Numbered from the stretch's first letter, positions 48,318 to 61,256 are shown. The stretch: 64,000 nt of DNA from Escherichia coli (GCF_024298765.1 NZ_CP101210.1), one strand, 5' to 3'. Notes: generated by a model from the letters alone, not told the origin. Made by a program: numbers and translations.

Positions 48318-48454
48318 CAGGGCCAGAGCAACCGGCAGAACAATTTTCTTCTTGTATAAATGCTTTTACAGAACGGAGAGGGGATATTTTGCCGGGCATT
48401 ATTGCGCAGAAGATGGGAGAAAAGCAGTGGGCAAACTTTTCAGATTAGTGCCCG

Positions 48455-48556
48455 AATAAAAAAGGCCATCATAAGATGGCCAACCATGTCGAAACCGACA
48501 GCCCTTCGCCCCTCCTGTAGAGGGAAGCGGCGAGGGCTATTTCTTATTACAGATAT
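48455..48556 (-). ncRNA. sdhX: SdhX (RybD)-like 3'UTR sRNA of the sdh-suc operon with intrinsic terminator
   Basis: About 100 nt downstream of sucD stop ending in ggccatc..gatggcc hairpin plus T-run; boundaries approximate. Confidence 0.55.
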
Positions 48557-49426
48557 TTATTTCAGAACAGTTTTCAGTGCTTCACCGATATCCGCCAGGC
48601 TGCGAACGGTTTTCACGCCTGCGGCTTCCAGAGCAGCGAATTTCTCATCCGCAGTCCCTTTACCACCGGCAATGATCGCACCTGCGTGACCCATACGTTT
48701 GCCTTTCGGCGCAGTCACACCAGCGATGTAACCCACAACTGGCTTGGTAACGTGCTCCTTGATGTACGCCGCTGCTTCTTCTTCAGCGCTACCGCCGATC
48801 TCACCGATCATCACGATCGCTTCGGTCTGCGGATCTTTTTCGAACATTTCGAGGATGTCGATAAAGTTAGAGCCAGGGATCGGGTCGCCGCCGATACCAA
48901 CGCAGGTCGACTGACCGAAACCGTAATCCGTGGTCTGTTTAACCGCTTCATAGGTCAGCGTACCGGAACGGGAAACGATACCCACTTTACCCGGTTTGTG
49001 AATGTGACCCGGCTGGATACCGATTTTGCATTCCCCCGGGGTGATAACGCCTGGGCAGTTCGGGCCGATCATACGAACGCCTGCTTCATCCAGTTTCACT
49101 TTCACCGTCAGCATATCCAGCGTCGGGATGCCTTCAGTGATGGTGATAATCAGTTTGATGCCTGCATCGATAGCTTCCAGAATGGAGTCTTTGCAGAACG
49201 GTGCTGGTACGTAGATAACAGAGGCGGTAGCGCCAGTAGCAGCAACAGCTTCACGCACGGTGTTGAACACTGGCAGGCCGAGGTGGGTAGTACCGCCTTT
49301 ACCTGGGGTTACGCCGCCAACCATTTTAGTGCCGTATGCAATGGCCTGTTCTGAGTGGAAAGTCCCCTGGCTACCGGTAAAGCCCTGGCAGATAACCTTG
49401 GTGTTTTTATCAATTAAAATGGACAT
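48557..49426 (-). CDS. sucD: Succinyl-CoA synthetase alpha subunit
   Basis: 289-aa [48 protein letters not shown]. Confidence 0.97.
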
Positions 49427-50592
49427 TATTTCCCCTCCACTGCGGCAACAACCTGCTGAGCTGCATCCGTCAGACCTTTTGCTGCAATAATATTCAGGCC
49501 GCTGTCAGCCAGTTTCTTCGCGCCGAGTTCGGCGTTGTTACCTTCCAGACGTACCACGACCGGTACGTTAACACCCACTTCCGCTACCGCGCCGATGATA
49601 CCGTCAGCGATCAGGTCGCAACGAACGATACCGCCGAAGATGTTAACCAGAACGGCTTTCACTTTGTCGTCAGAGAGGATGATTTTGAACGCTTCGGTTA
49701 CACGTTCTTTGGTTGCGCCGCCGCCAACGTCCAGGAAGTTAGCTGGTTCGCCGCCGTGCAGTTTAACGATGTCCATGGTGCCCATCGCCAGGCCTGCGCC
49801 GTTAACCATACAACCGATGTTACCGTCCAGCGCAACGTAGTTCAGTTCCCACTGTGCAGCCTGTGCTTCACGCGGATCTTCCTGCGACTGGTCACGCATT
49901 TCGCGCAGATCAGGCTGGCGGAACAGTGCGTTGCCATCAGCGCCCAGTTTGCCGTCGAGGCAAATCAGATCGCCCTGTTTGGTAATGACCAGCGGGTTGA
50001 TTTCGATCAGCGCCAGGTCGCGCTCCAGGAAAATGGTCGCCAGGCCCATGAAGATTTTGGTGAACTGCTGAACCAGTTTACCTTCCAGACCCAGTTTGAA
50101 CGCCAGCTCGCGTCCCTGATACGGCATCGGGCCAGTCAGCGGATCAAGCGCAACTTTGTGGATCAGGTGCGGAGTTTCTTCCGCCACTTTTTCAATTTCC
50201 ACGCCGCCTTCGGTGGAGGCCATAAAGACCACACGACGGGAACTACGGTCAACAACGGCACCGAGATACAGCTCTTTAGCGATATCGGTCGCTGCTTCAA
50301 CCAGAATCTGGTTAACCGGTTGGCCATTGGCATCTGTTTGATACGTTACCAGACGCTTGCCCAGCCAGTTTTCTGCAAAAGCACGGATGTCTTCTTTGCT
50401 GTTTACCACTTTCACACCGCCCGCTTTACCGCGGCCACCAGCGTGAACCTGACATTTCACTACCCACGGACCGGCACCGATTTTTGAAGCGGCTTCTTCT
50501 GCTTCGCGCGGAGTAGTACAGGCATAACCCACCGGTGCTGGTAAGCCATAGCGGGCAAAAAGTTGTTTTGCCTGATATTCATGTAAGTTCAT
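49426..50592 (-). CDS. sucC: Succinyl-CoA synthetase beta subunit
   Basis: 388-aa [64 protein letters not shown]. Confidence 0.97.
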
Positions 50593-50685
50593 GTGTTCTG
50601 TCCATCCTTCAGTAATCGTTATCTTTTAAACCGTAGACCGACACCCTATTCACGTCGGTCTACAGTGCAGGTGAAGCTTAAACTA

Positions 50686-51903
50686 CTACACGTCCAGCAG
50701 CAGACGAGTCGGATCTTCCAGCAACTCTTTGATCGTTACCAGGAAGCCCACGGATTCGCGACCATCGATCAGACGGTGATCGTAGGACAGCGCCAGGTAC
50801 ATCATCGGCAGGATCTCAACCTGACCATTCACCGCCATCGGACGATCTTTGATAGCGTGCATACCCAGAATTGCGCTCTGCGGCGGGTTGATGATAGGCG
50901 TTGACATCAGGGAACCGAACACACCACCGTTGGTGATGGTGAAGTTACCACCGGTCAGATCTTCAACCGTCAGCTTGCCGTCACGGCCTTTAACTGCCAG
51001 CTCTTTGATTTTCTTCTCGATGTCTGCCATGCCGAGGGTATCGACATCACGCAGAACCGGCGTCACCAGGCCGCGCGGCGTAGAAACCGCCATACTGACG
51101 TCGAAATAGTTGTGGTAAACCACATCATCGCCGTCGATAGACGCATTCACTTCCGGGTAACGTTTCAGGGCTTCAACCACCGCTTTCACGTAGAAGGACA
51201 TAAAGCCCAGACGAATGCCGTGGCGTTTTTCAAACGCTTCACCGTACTGCTTACGCAGATCCATAATCGGCTTCATGTTGACTTCGTTGAACGTGGTCAG
51301 CATGGCGGTGGAGTTTTTCGCTTCCAGCAGACGCTCTGCCACACGCTTACGCAGGCGGGTCATCGGGACACGTTTTTCGCTACGTGCAGCCAGGGCCGGT
51401 TGCGCCGCCGGAGCAGCCGCTGCCGGAGCAGACTCTTTCGCCGGGGCTTTCGCCAGATGTTTTTCCACATCTTCACGGGTCAGACGACCACCCACACCGG
51501 TGCCTTTAATGGCGCTGGCGTCGAGGTTATGTTCAGCCAGCAGGCGACGGATCGCCGGGCTTAACGCATCGTTGTTTTGCTCTTCCAGAGACGCCTGCTG
51601 GCGTTGCGCCGGAGTGGACGCTTTCTCTTCAGATTTCGCGCTGGTTTCTTTACCCGCGCTGTTGCCTTCACGCAGGCGACCAAGGATCTGACGAGACGTT
51701 ACCGTTGTACCTTCATCTTCCAGAACCGCATCCAGAATGCCGTCTGCTGATGCCGGTACTTCCAGTACCACTTTGTCAGTTTCGATTTCTACCAGCACTT
51801 CATCACGTACGACTGCGTCGCCGGGTTTTTTATGCCAGGTTGCGACGGTGGCATCGGCTACGGATTCAGGCAGGTCAGGGACCAGAATATCTACGCTACT
51901 CAT
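50686..51903 (-). CDS. sucB: 2-oxoglutarate dehydrogenase E2 (dihydrolipoyl succinyltransferase)
   Basis: 405-aa [54 protein letters not shown]. Confidence 0.97.
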
Positions 51904-51917
51904 TGTGTATCCTTTAT

Positions 51918-54719
51918 TTATTCGACGTTCAGCGCGTCATTAACCAGATCTTGTTGCTGTTTCTGGTGAACGGACATATACCCTACCGCCGGAGAGGCGG
52001 AGGCCGGGCGGCCTGCATAACGCAGAGAAGCCCCAAACGGAATCACTTCACGGAAATGATGCTGGCTGCAGTACCATGCGCCCTGGTTGAGCGGCTCTTC
52101 CTGGCACCAGACAAAATCCTTGACGTGAGCAAACTGCTGCAACACTTCCTGCATCGCTTTATGCGGGAACGGGTAGAGTTGCTCGATACGCACAATGGCG
52201 ACATCGTGTTGATTGTTCTTACGACGTTGTTCCAGCAGGTCGTAATAAACCTTACCAGAACACATCACTACACGCTTAACGCCCTTCGGATCAAGCTCGT
52301 CGATTTCACCGATGGCTGGCAGGAAGGTGCCGTTCGCCAGTTCTTCGAGGCTGGAAACCGCCAGCGGATGACGCAGCAGGGATTTCGGCGACATCACGAC
52401 CAGCGGACGACGCATCCCGCGCAGCGCCTGACGACGCAGCATGTGGTAAACCTGTGCCGGGGTAGAAGGTACGCAAACCTGCATGTTTTGCTCAGCACAA
52501 AGTTGCAGATAACGTTCCAGACGCGCGGAGGAGTGCTCCGGCCCCTGCCCTTCGTAACCGTGCGGCAGCAACATCACCAGACCACACATCCGGCCCCATT
52601 TCTGTTCGCCAGAGGAGATGAACTGGTCGATAACCACCTGCGCACCGTTGGCGAAGTCACCGAACTGCGCTTCCCAGATGGTCAGAGTGCGTGGTTCTGC
52701 GGTGGCATAACCGTATTCAAACGCCAGCACGGCTTCTTCTGACAGTACGGAGTCCCAGACACGGAACGCGCCCTGACCGTTATGGATGTGTTGCAGCGGC
52801 GTGTAAGTGGAACCGTTAGACTGGTTGTGGATCACCGCGTGGCGGTGGAAGAAGGTACCGCGACCGGAGTCTTCACCCGACAGGCGAACCGGAATGCCTT
52901 CATCAACCAGCGTGGCGTAAGCGAGGTTTTCCGCACCGCCCCAGTCGAACAGTTTCTCACCGGCTGCCATTGCCTGGCGATCGCCATAAATCTTGGCAAC
53001 GCGAGACTGCATTTCAACTGCTTCCGGCACCGTACTGATGCGTTTAGCCAGTTCCTGCAGGCGCTTCATCTCAACTTTGTTCGGGTACTCTTCGTCCCAT
53101 TCGTGGTTGAGGTATGGCGACCAGGTGAAAGAGTGCATGTTCATCGGACGCCACTCTGCTACCACGCAATCGCCAGCATCCAGCGCATCGCGGTACAGGT
53201 TAACCATCTCGGTGGCATCTTCCAGCGTCGCCACTTTTTCCTGCTCCAGCTTGTCAGCGTAGATTTTGCGCGGCGTCGGATGTTTTTTGATTTTCTGATA
53301 CATCAGCGGCTGGGTTGCGCTCGGCTCGTCGGCTTCGTTGTGGCCATGACGGCGGTAGCACACCAGGTCGATGAAGACATCACGTTTAAAGGTGTTACGG
53401 AAATCGAGCGCCAGACGGGTCACAAAGGCAACGGCTTCCGGATCATCCGCGTTTACGTGGAAAATCGGTGCCTGAACCATCTTACCGATATCAGTACAGT
53501 ACGGCGTCGAACGGGCATCCAGCGGGTTAGAGGTGGTGAAGCCAACCTGGTTGTTGATAACGATACGTACCGTACCGCCAACTTCATAGCCACGCGCTTT
53601 CGACATGTTCAGGGTTTCCTGAACCACGCCCTGTCCGGTCACTGCGGCGTCACCGTGGATGGTGATTGGCAGCACTTTGTTGCTGCTCGGCTCATCAAGT
53701 CTGTCCAGACGGGCACGAACAGAACCGATAACTACCGGGCTGACAATCTCAAGGTGAGACGGGTTAAACGCCAGCGCCAGGTGCACCAGGCCGCCATCGG
53801 TCTGGAAGTCAGACGAGAAGCCCATGTGGTATTTCACGTCACCCGTGCCGAGGTGTTCTTTATGTTTACCGGCGAACTCGTCGAACAAGTCTTGCGGTTT
53901 TTTACCCAGCACGTTCACCAGCACGTTCAGACGACCACGGTGCGCCATCCCGAGAACCACTTCGCGGGTGCCGCTGTTGCCAGCGTGGCGGATCATCTCT
54001 TTAAGCATCGGGATTAACGCGTCACCGCCTTCCAGCGAGAAGCGTTTTGCGCCAGGGAATTTTGCGCCGAGGTAACGTTCAAGGCCTTCAGCGGCGGTCA
54101 GTTCGCTTAAGAAGCGTTTTTTCTCTTCGCTATTGAAAGTCGCGCGACCAGACTCGATACGCTGTTGGATCCAGCGTTTTTCTTCGGTGCTGGTGATGTG
54201 CATATACTCGGCACCAATCGGGCCGCAGTAGGTTTGCTTGAGGGCTTCCAGCAGCTCGCCGAGTTTCATGGTTTCTTTGCCGCTGGCAAATGAACCGACG
54301 TTGAAGGTCTCCTGGAAGTCTGCTTCGGTCAGATCGTGGAAAGATGGATCCAGATCGGCCACTTTATCTTGCTGCCACAGTCCCAGCGGATCGAGATTCG
54401 CATGCTGGTGACCACGGAAGCGGTATGCGTTAATGAGCTGCAGGACTTTAACCTGCTTCACATTGGTGTCAGGGTCGGAGATCGTTGAAGAGTAACGTGA
54501 AGCGTCTTTCGCCAGGCGGCGGAAATATTCACGCGTTTGAGAGTGGAATTGATCCGGTTTGACTCCCGTACCAGGTAACTGCTGGAACGTCGAACGCCAG
54601 TTAGCGTCAACCGAGTCAGGATCGGTTAAGAAGTCTTCATAGAGCTGTTCTATCCAGCTCTGGTTTGCGCCAGAGAGGTAAGAAGAGTCCAACCAGGCTT
54701 TCAAAGCGCTGTTCTGCAT
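51918..54719 (-). CDS. sucA: 2-oxoglutarate dehydrogenase E1
   Basis: 933-aa [44 protein letters not shown]. Confidence 0.97.
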   Translation of the reverse strand: MQNSALKAWLDSSYLSGANQSWIEQLYEDFLTDPDSVDANWRSTFQQLPGTGVKPDQFHSQTREYFRRLAKDASRYSSTISDPDTNVKQVKVLQLINAYRFRGHQHANLDPLGLWQQDKVADLDPSFHDLTEADFQETFNVGSFASGKETMKLGELLEALKQTYCGPIGAEYMHITSTEEKRWIQQRIESGRATFNSEEKKRFLSELTAAEGLERYLGAKFPGAKRFSLEGGDALIPMLKEMIRHAGNSGTREVVLGMAHRGRLNVLVNVLGKKPQDLFDEFAGKHKEHLGTGDVKYHMGFSSDFQTDGGLVHLALAFNPSHLEIVSPVVIGSVRARLDRLDEPSSNKVLPITIHGDAAVTGQGVVQETLNMSKARGYEVGGTVRIVINNQVGFTTSNPLDARSTPYCTDIGKMVQAPIFHVNADDPEAVAFVTRLALDFRNTFKRDVFIDLVCYRRHGHNEADEPSATQPLMYQKIKKHPTPRKIYADKLEQEKVATLEDATEMVNLYRDALDAGDCVVAEWRPMNMHSFTWSPYLNHEWDEEYPNKVEMKRLQELAKRISTVPEAVEMQSRVAKIYGDRQAMAAGEKLFDWGGAENLAYATLVDEGIPVRLSGEDSGRGTFFHRHAVIHNQSNGSTYTPLQHIHNGQGAFRVWDSVLSEEAVLAFEYGYATAEPRTLTIWEAQFGDFANGAQVVIDQFISSGEQKWGRMCGLVMLLPHGYEGQGPEHSSARLERYLQLCAEQNMQVCVPSTPAQVYHMLRRQALRGMRRPLVVMSPKSLLRHPLAVSSLEELANGTFLPAIGEIDELDPKGVKRVVMCSGKVYYDLLEQRRKNNQHDVAIVRIEQLYPFPHKAMQEVLQQFAHVKDFVWCQEEPLNQGAWYCSQHHFREVIPFGASLRYAGRPASASPAVGYMSVHQKQQQDLVNDALNVE

Positions 54720-54904
54720 CGTGATCCCTTAAGCATCTTTTTTATGCTTACTTCGCCGTGGATACTACCACGCACATTTCATATCTGATGTGCGTGCCGG
54801 GGTTCACTTGTTGCGGACTTGTCGTGTTTTCTGCGTCCGCTAAGGAACCTTTAAAAACTGTCTTAGTGTCAGGGGCAGTTTTTAAAGATTTCCTGCATTT
54901 CTTT

Positions 54905-55078
54905 TGTAGGCCGGATAAGGCATTCACGCCGCATCCGGCGCTGTTTGCCTGATGCGACGCTTGCGCGTCTTATCAGGCCTACGGTTTCTGCATTTCTTTT
55001 GTAGGCCGGATAAGGCGTTCACGCCGCATCCGGCACTGGTTGCCTGATGCGACGCTTGTGCGTCTTATCAGGCCTGGG
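54905..55078. repeat. REP/BIME cluster in sdhB-sucA intergenic region
   Basis: Two copies of gtaggccggataaggc..cacgccgcatccggc..gcctgatgcgacgctt..gcgtcttatcaggcc units. Confidence 0.85.
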
Positions 55079-55079
55079 T

Positions 55080-55796
55080 TTACGCATTACGTTGCAACAA
55101 CATCGACTTGATATGGCCGATGGCGCGCGTCGGGTTCAGCCCCTTCGGACATACACTGACGCAGTTCATGATGCTGTGACAGCGGAATACGCTGAATGCA
55201 TCGCTCAAACCGTCGAGGCGGCTGTCAGTCTCGGTATCACGGCTATCGATCAGGAAACGATATGCCGCTAACAAGCCTGCCGGGCCGATAAACTTATCGG
55301 GATTCCACCAGAAAGACGGACAAGAGGTTGAACAACATGCGCAGAGAATACATTCATACAGCCCGTCGAGTTTTTCGCGCTGCTCTGGCATCTGTAAATG
55401 CTCGCGAGCTGGCGGATTTTGTCCATTATTCAACAGGTAAGGCTTAATTTTCTCATATTGCGCATAGAATTGTCCCATGTCTACCACCAAATCGCGGATC
55501 ACCGGTAAACCTGGCAGCGGGCGAATCACAATCTTCTTGCCCGGCTGGTTGAGTGCCGAAATCGGGGTAATACAGGCCAGACCATTCTTGCCGTTCATGT
55601 TCAGACCGTCGGAACCGCACACACCTTCACGGCAGGAGCGACGGAACGACAGGCTGGGATCTTTCTCTTTCAGCTGGATAAGCGCATCCAGCAGCATCAT
55701 GTCACGACCTTCTTCCGCTTCCAGGGTGTAATCCTGCATACGCGGAGCATCATCAACATCCGGGTTATAGCGATAAATTGAAAACTCGAGTCTCAT
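55080..55796 (-). CDS. sdhB: Succinate dehydrogenase iron-sulfur subunit
   Basis: 238-aa ORF MRLEFSIYRYNPDVDDAPRMQDYTLEAEEGRDMMLLDALIQLKEKDPSLSFRRSCREGVCGSDG. Confidence 0.97.
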   Translation of the reverse strand: MRLEFSIYRYNPDVDDAPRMQDYTLEAEEGRDMMLLDALIQLKEKDPSLSFRRSCREGVCGSDGLNMNGKNGLACITPISALNQPGKKIVIRPLPGLPVIRDLVVDMGQFYAQYEKIKPYLLNNGQNPPAREHLQMPEQREKLDGLYECILCACCSTSCPSFWWNPDKFIGPAGLLAAYRFLIDSRDTETDSRLDGLSDAFSVFRCHSIMNCVSVCPKGLNPTRAIGHIKSMLLQRNA

Positions 55797-55811
55797 TTTC
55801 CTGTCTCCGCA

Positions 55812-57578
55812 TTAGTAAGTACGAATCTTCGGCGGGAATGCCGGGCGCAGTTTCGGTTCCATGTTGACGCTTCGGCGCGTCATGGATTCCGACTCAGGCA
55901 GATACAGGGAGTGGCACAGCCAGTTTTCATCATCACGATCCGGGAAGTCGAAGCGGCTATGTGCGCCACGGCTTTCGGTACGGAAGTTGGCAGAAACAGC
56001 CGTTGCATACGCCGTTTCCATCAGGTTATCCAGTTCCAGGCACTCAACGCGCTGGGTGTTGAACTCGCTGGAAGTGTCATCCAGACGGGCATTTTTCAGA
56101 CGCTCGCGGATAACTTTCAACTGCTCAAGCCCTTTCGCCATCGCATCACCTTCACGGAAGACCGAGAAGTTATGCTGCATACATTCTTGCAGCGCTTTAC
56201 GAATCGCCACCGGATCTTCACCGTTACGATTATTGTTCCAGCGGTTCAGACGATCCAGAGATGCTTCAACATCAGACTCGCTGGCATCGCGCAATGCGCC
56301 CTGCTCGGCGATAGACTCTTGCAGATGCAAACCCGCTGCGCGACCAAAGACCACCAGGTCCAGCAGCGAGTTGCCGCCCAGACGGTTAGCGCCGTGTACC
56401 GATACACAAGCGATTTCACCAACGGCAAACAGCCCCGGAACAACCACATCTTCGCCTTTCTCGTTCACCGTCAGCGCCTGACCGGTCACTTTGGTCGGAA
56501 TACCGCCCATCATGTAGTGACAGGTTGGGATAACCGGAATCGGCTCTTTCACCGGATCAACGTGAGCGAAGGTACGGGAGAGTTCCAGAATACCCGGCAG
56601 ACGGGATTCGAGAACTTCTTTACCCAAGTGGTCAAGTTTCAGTTTCGCGTGTGGCCCCCACGGACCATCACAGCCGCGACCTTCACGGATTTCAATCATG
56701 ATGGAACGCGCCACCACGTCACGGCCCGCCAGGTCTTTGGCGTTCGGCGCATAACGCTCCATAAAGCGTTCGCCATGTTTGTTCAGCAGATAACCGCCTT
56801 CACCACGGCACCCTTCGGTGACCAGTACGCCCGCACCGGCAATACCGGTCGGGTGGAACTGCCACATTTCCATATCCTGCACTGGTACGCCTGCACGGAT
56901 AGCCATGCCGACGCCGTCGCCAGTGTTAATGTGGGCGTTGGTAGTGGACTGATAAATACGCCCTGCCCCGCCAGTCGCCAGCACGGTAGCGCGAGCTTTG
57001 AAGTAAACCACTTCACCAGTTTCGATGCACAGTGCGGTACAACCGACCACCGCGCCATCCTGGTTTTTCACCAGATCCAGCGCATACCACTCGGAGAAAA
57101 TGGTGGTGTGGTTTTTCAGGTTCTGCTGATAAAGGGTGTGCAACAGTGCGTGACCGGTACGGTCAGCTGCCGCCGCAGTACGTGCCGCCTGCTCGCCGCC
57201 GAAGTTTTTCGACTGACCGCCAAACGGACGTTGATAGATACGACCATCATCAAGACGCGAGAACGGCAGGCCCATATGTTCCAGTTCCAGAATCGCTTCC
57301 GGCCCGGTTTTACACATATATTCAATCGCGTCCTGGTCACCGATATAGTCCGAACCTTTTACGGTGTCGTACATATGCCATTCCCAGTTATCTTCATGGG
57401 TATTACCCAGCGCAACGGTAATGCCGCCTTGCGCAGAAACGGTATGGGAACGGGTCGGGAAGACTTTAGAGAGCAGCGCACAGGTCTGACCGCTCTGGGA
57501 AATTTGCAGCGCCGCGCGCATACCTGCGCCACCGGCACCAATCACAACTGCATCAAATTCTCTGACTGGCAATTTCAT
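55812..57578 (-). CDS. sdhA: Succinate dehydrogenase flavoprotein subunit
   Basis: [52 protein letters not shown]; 588 aa from internal ATG. Confidence 0.97.
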   Translation of the reverse strand: MKLPVREFDAVVIGAGGAGMRAALQISQSGQTCALLSKVFPTRSHTVSAQGGITVALGNTHEDNWEWHMYDTVKGSDYIGDQDAIEYMCKTGPEAILELEHMGLPFSRLDDGRIYQRPFGGQSKNFGGEQAARTAAAADRTGHALLHTLYQQNLKNHTTIFSEWYALDLVKNQDGAVVGCTALCIETGEVVYFKARATVLATGGAGRIYQSTTNAHINTGDGVGMAIRAGVPVQDMEMWQFHPTGIAGAGVLVTEGCRGEGGYLLNKHGERFMERYAPNAKDLAGRDVVARSIMIEIREGRGCDGPWGPHAKLKLDHLGKEVLESRLPGILELSRTFAHVDPVKEPIPVIPTCHYMMGGIPTKVTGQALTVNEKGEDVVVPGLFAVGEIACVSVHGANRLGGNSLLDLVVFGRAAGLHLQESIAEQGALRDASESDVEASLDRLNRWNNNRNGEDPVAIRKALQECMQHNFSVFREGDAMAKGLEQLKVIRERLKNARLDDTSSEFNTQRVECLELDNLMETAYATAVSANFRTESRGAHSRFDFPDRDDENWLCHSLYLPESESMTRRSVNMEPKLRPAFPPKIRTY

Positions 57579-57925
57579 CACACACCCCACACCACAACGA
57601 ATCCATAAATCACGTAAACCACCAGAGCAACGACAATCACCAGTTGCAGCATCAGGCGCAAGGCCAGCGGTTTAACGTAGTCGGTCAACACCTGCCACAT
57701 GCCGATCCAGGCATGGATCAAGATAGAAAACAGCGCCAGCAGGGTGAACACTTTGGTGAACGCAGAGGCGAAGAAACCGATCCAGACTTCATATGTCAGT
57801 TCGCCACTGGTGGCGAAAAAACCGACCATATAAATGATGTAGAGCGTCAGGACGATAGCGGTAGCGCGAACGAGGATGAAATCATGTACGCCATTGCGTC
57901 CTAATGCGGAGGCGTTGCTTACCAT
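57578..57925 (-). CDS. sdhD: Succinate dehydrogenase membrane anchor SdhD
   Basis: 115-aa membrane [40 protein letters not shown]. Confidence 0.95.
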
Positions 57926-58308
57926 ACGAGGACTCCTGCGAGAAGTGAAAGCACGACAGTAATAACAAAGGAGATTTTGGCGGAGCGTTTACCCGCTTCG
58001 AATGTTTCTTCCAGATAGCCAAAATCCATCATCATGTGGCGAATACCTACGACGACGTGATACGCCAGAGCGGTAAGGATGCCCCACATGATAAATTTGA
58101 CGAAGAAGCTGCCCATAATCGCGGAAGCTTGCTCGAAACCTTCAGGGGAAGAGAGGCTGGTACCCAGAAGCCACAGCAGGATGCCCACTGCAACAAAGGT
58201 GATCACACCGGAAACGCGATGGAGAATGGACGCTATCGCCGTGATGGGGAACCGGATGGTCTGTAGGTCCAGATTAACAGGTCTTTGTTTTTTCACATTT
58301 CTTATCAT
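57919..58308 (-). CDS. sdhC: Succinate dehydrogenase cytochrome b556 subunit SdhC
   Basis: [49 protein letters not shown]; 129 aa. Confidence 0.95.
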
Positions 58309-59016
58309 GAATAACGCCCACATGCTGTTCTTATTATTCCCTGGGGACTACGGGCACAGAGGTTAACTTTCTGTTACCTGGAGACGTCGGGATTTCCTTC
58401 CTCCGGTCTGCTTGCGGGTCAGACAGCGTCCTTTCTATAACTGCGCGTCATGCAAAACACTGCTTCCAGATGCGAAAACGACACGTTACAACGCTGGGTG
58501 GCTCGGGATTGCAGGGTGTTCCGGAGACCTGGCGGCAGTATAGGCCGTTCACAAAATCATTACAATTAACCTACATATAGTTTGTCGGGTTTTATCCTGA
58601 ACAGTGATCTGCGTCACGATAACAACATTTATTTAATTTTTAATCATCTAATTTGACAATCATTCAACAAAGTTGTTACAAACATTACCAGGAAAAGCAT
58701 ATAATGCGTAAAAGTTATGAAGTCGGTATTTCACCTAAGATTAACTTATGTAACAGTGTGGAAGTATTGACCAATTCATTCGGGACAGTTATTAGTGGTA
58801 GACAAGTTTAATAATTCGGATTGCTAAGTACTTGATTCGCCATTTATTCGTCATCAATGGATCCTTTACCTGCAAGCGCCCAGAGCTCTGTACCCAGGTT
58901 TTCCCCTCTTTCACAGAGCGGCGAGCCAAATAACAAACGGGTAAAGCCAGGTTGATGTGCGAAGGCAAATTTAAGTTCCGGCAGTCTTACGCAATAAGGC
59001 GCTAAGGAGACCTTAA

Positions 59017-60300
59017 ATGGCTGATACAAAAGCAAAACTCACCCTCAACGGGGATACAGCTGTTGAACTGGATGTGCTGAAAGGCACGCTGGGTCAAGAT
59101 GTTATTGATATCCGTACTCTCGGTTCAAAAGGTGTATTCACCTTTGACCCAGGCTTCACTTCAACCGCATCCTGCGAATCTAAAATTACTTTTATTGATG
59201 GTGATGAAGGTATTTTGCTGCACCGCGGTTTCCCGATCGATCAGCTGGCGACCGATTCTAACTACCTGGAAGTTTGTTACATCCTGCTGAATGGTGAAAA
59301 ACCGACTCAGGAACAGTATGACGAATTTAAAACTACGGTGACCCGTCATACCATGATCCACGAGCAGATTACCCGTCTGTTCCATGCTTTCCGTCGCGAC
59401 TCGCATCCAATGGCAGTCATGTGTGGTATTACCGGCGCGCTGGCGGCGTTCTACCACGACTCGCTGGATGTTAACAATCCTCGTCATCGTGAAATTGCCG
59501 CGTTCCGCCTGCTGTCAAAAATGCCGACCATGGCCGCGATGTGTTACAAGTATTCCATTGGTCAGCCATTTGTTTACCCGCGCAATGATCTCTCCTACGC
59601 TGGTAACTTCCTGAATATGATGTTCTCCACGCCGTGCGAACCGTATGAAGTTAATCCGATTCTGGAACGTGCTATGGACCGTATTCTGATCCTGCACGCT
59701 GACCATGAACAGAACGCCTCCACCTCCACCGTGCGTACCGCTGGCTCTTCGGGTGCGAACCCGTTTGCCTGTATCGCTGCAGGTATTGCTTCACTGTGGG
59801 GACCTGCGCACGGTGGTGCTAACGAAGCGGCGCTGAAAATGCTGGAAGAAATCAGCTCCGTTAAACACATTCCGGAATTTGTTCGTCGTGCGAAAGACAA
59901 AAATGATTCTTTCCGCCTGATGGGCTTCGGTCACCGCGTGTACAAAAATTACGACCCGCGCGCCACCGTAATGCGTGAAACCTGCCATGAAGTTCTGAAA
60001 GAGCTGGGTACCAAAGATGACCTGCTGGAAGTGGCTATGGAGCTGGAAAACATCGCGCTGAACGACCCGTACTTTATCGAGAAAAAACTGTACCCGAACG
60101 TCGATTTCTACTCTGGTATCATCCTGAAAGCGATGGGTATTCCGTCTTCCATGTTCACCGTCATTTTCGCAATGGCACGTACCGTTGGCTGGATCGCCCA
60201 CTGGAGCGAAATGCACAGTGACGGTATGAAGATTGCCCGTCCGCGTCAACTGTATACAGGATATGAAAAACGCGACTTTAAAAGCGATATCAAGCGTTAA
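59017..60300 (+). CDS. gltA: Citrate synthase
   Basis: 427-aa [68 protein letters not shown]; divergent from sdhC. Confidence 0.97.
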   Translation: MADTKAKLTLNGDTAVELDVLKGTLGQDVIDIRTLGSKGVFTFDPGFTSTASCESKITFIDGDEGILLHRGFPIDQLATDSNYLEVCYILLNGEKPTQEQYDEFKTTVTRHTMIHEQITRLFHAFRRDSHPMAVMCGITGALAAFYHDSLDVNNPRHREIAAFRLLSKMPTMAAMCYKYSIGQPFVYPRNDLSYAGNFLNMMFSTPCEPYEVNPILERAMDRILILHADHEQNASTSTVRTAGSSGANPFACIAAGIASLWGPAHGGANEAALKMLEEISSVKHIPEFVRRAKDKNDSFRLMGFGHRVYKNYDPRATVMRETCHEVLKELGTKDDLLEVAMELENIALNDPYFIEKKLYPNVDFYSGIILKAMGIPSSMFTVIFAMARTVGWIAHWSEMHSDGMKIARPRQLYTGYEKRDFKSDIKR

Positions 60301-60328
60301 TGATTGATTGCTAAGCCGTTTACTTTCC

Positions 60329-60361
60329 GGACCCGCCTTTAATAGAGCGGGTTCTTTTTTA
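60329..60361 (+). terminator. gltA rho-independent terminator
   Basis: acccgc..gcgggt hairpin followed by tcttttttat. Confidence 0.75.
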
Positions 60362-60689
60362 TATGGCTGAACATAATAAATTGTAAAAATTAAACCAGAT
60401 GCAAATACCCATTAATAAGGTGAAAAAATGTGACAAGTCACATACTGAGCAGAATGATAAGTTTATTTTTTTACTTTCCTGCCGGTAGCATTGTTAACCC
60501 AATGAAAATTATGCATATCCATCCCACCCCATCTTTCATCTCATTAAACAATAAATTTATGCACTCAATTATTCCATTCTTTATATAACAAGCTTTTTAA
60601 TATTGTTAAATAAAACCAAATACATTCAACTGTCAGTTAATATATTCTTGCCTCGCAACACTCTATCTCATTATTTAAAGGACTCAGCT

Positions 60690-61256
60690 ATGTTTAAAGG
60701 ACAAAAAACATTTGCCGCACTGGCCGTATCTCTGCTGTTCACTGCACCTGTTTATGCGGCTGATGAAGGATCCGGTGAAATTCACTTTAAAGGTGAAGTT
60801 ATTGAAGCACCGTGTGAAATACATCAGGATGATATTGATAAAGAAGTTGAACTCGGTCAGGTGACCACCAGCCACATTAATCAGTCGCATCACAGCGATG
60901 CCGTTGCTGTCGACCTGCGCTTAGTCAACTGCGATCTGGAAAACTCCAACAACGGTTCCGGCGGCAAGATTTCTAAAGTTGCAGTCACCTTTGACAGCTC
61001 AGCGAAAACCACCGGCGCAGATCCGATTCTCAACAACACCAGCACGGGTGAAGCGACCGGTGTCGGCGTGCGTTTAATGAATAAAGATCAAAGCAATATC
61101 GTTTTAGGCACCGCTACTCCAGATATCGACCTGGCACCAACCTCCAGCGAACAAACGTTAAATTTCTTTGCGTGGATGGAACAAATTGATCAGGCTACGC
61201 CCGTAACACCAGGCGCAGTTACGGCGAATGCGACCTACGTACTGGATTATAAATAA
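60690..61256 (+). CDS. ybgD: Fimbrial subunit (chaperone-usher pilus)
   Basis: MFKGQKTFAALAVSLLFTAPVYAADEGSGEIHFKGEVIEAPCEI; 188 aa. Confidence 0.88.
   Translation: MFKGQKTFAALAVSLLFTAPVYAADEGSGEIHFKGEVIEAPCEIHQDDIDKEVELGQVTTSHINQSHHSDAVAVDLRLVNCDLENSNNGSGGKISKVAVTFDSSAKTTGADPILNNTSTGEATGVGVRLMNKDQSNIVLGTATPDIDLAPTSSEQTLNFFAWMEQIDQATPVTPGAVTANATYVLDYK

Noticed and set aside
52782-54017. 411-aa plus-strand ORF within sucA
   Set aside because: Antisense to sucA, whose 933-aa product is recognisable; no start context
55911-57608. 565-aa plus-strand ORF across sdhA
   Set aside because: Antisense artefact of GC-rich sdhA; the minus-strand product is canonical SdhA flavoprotein
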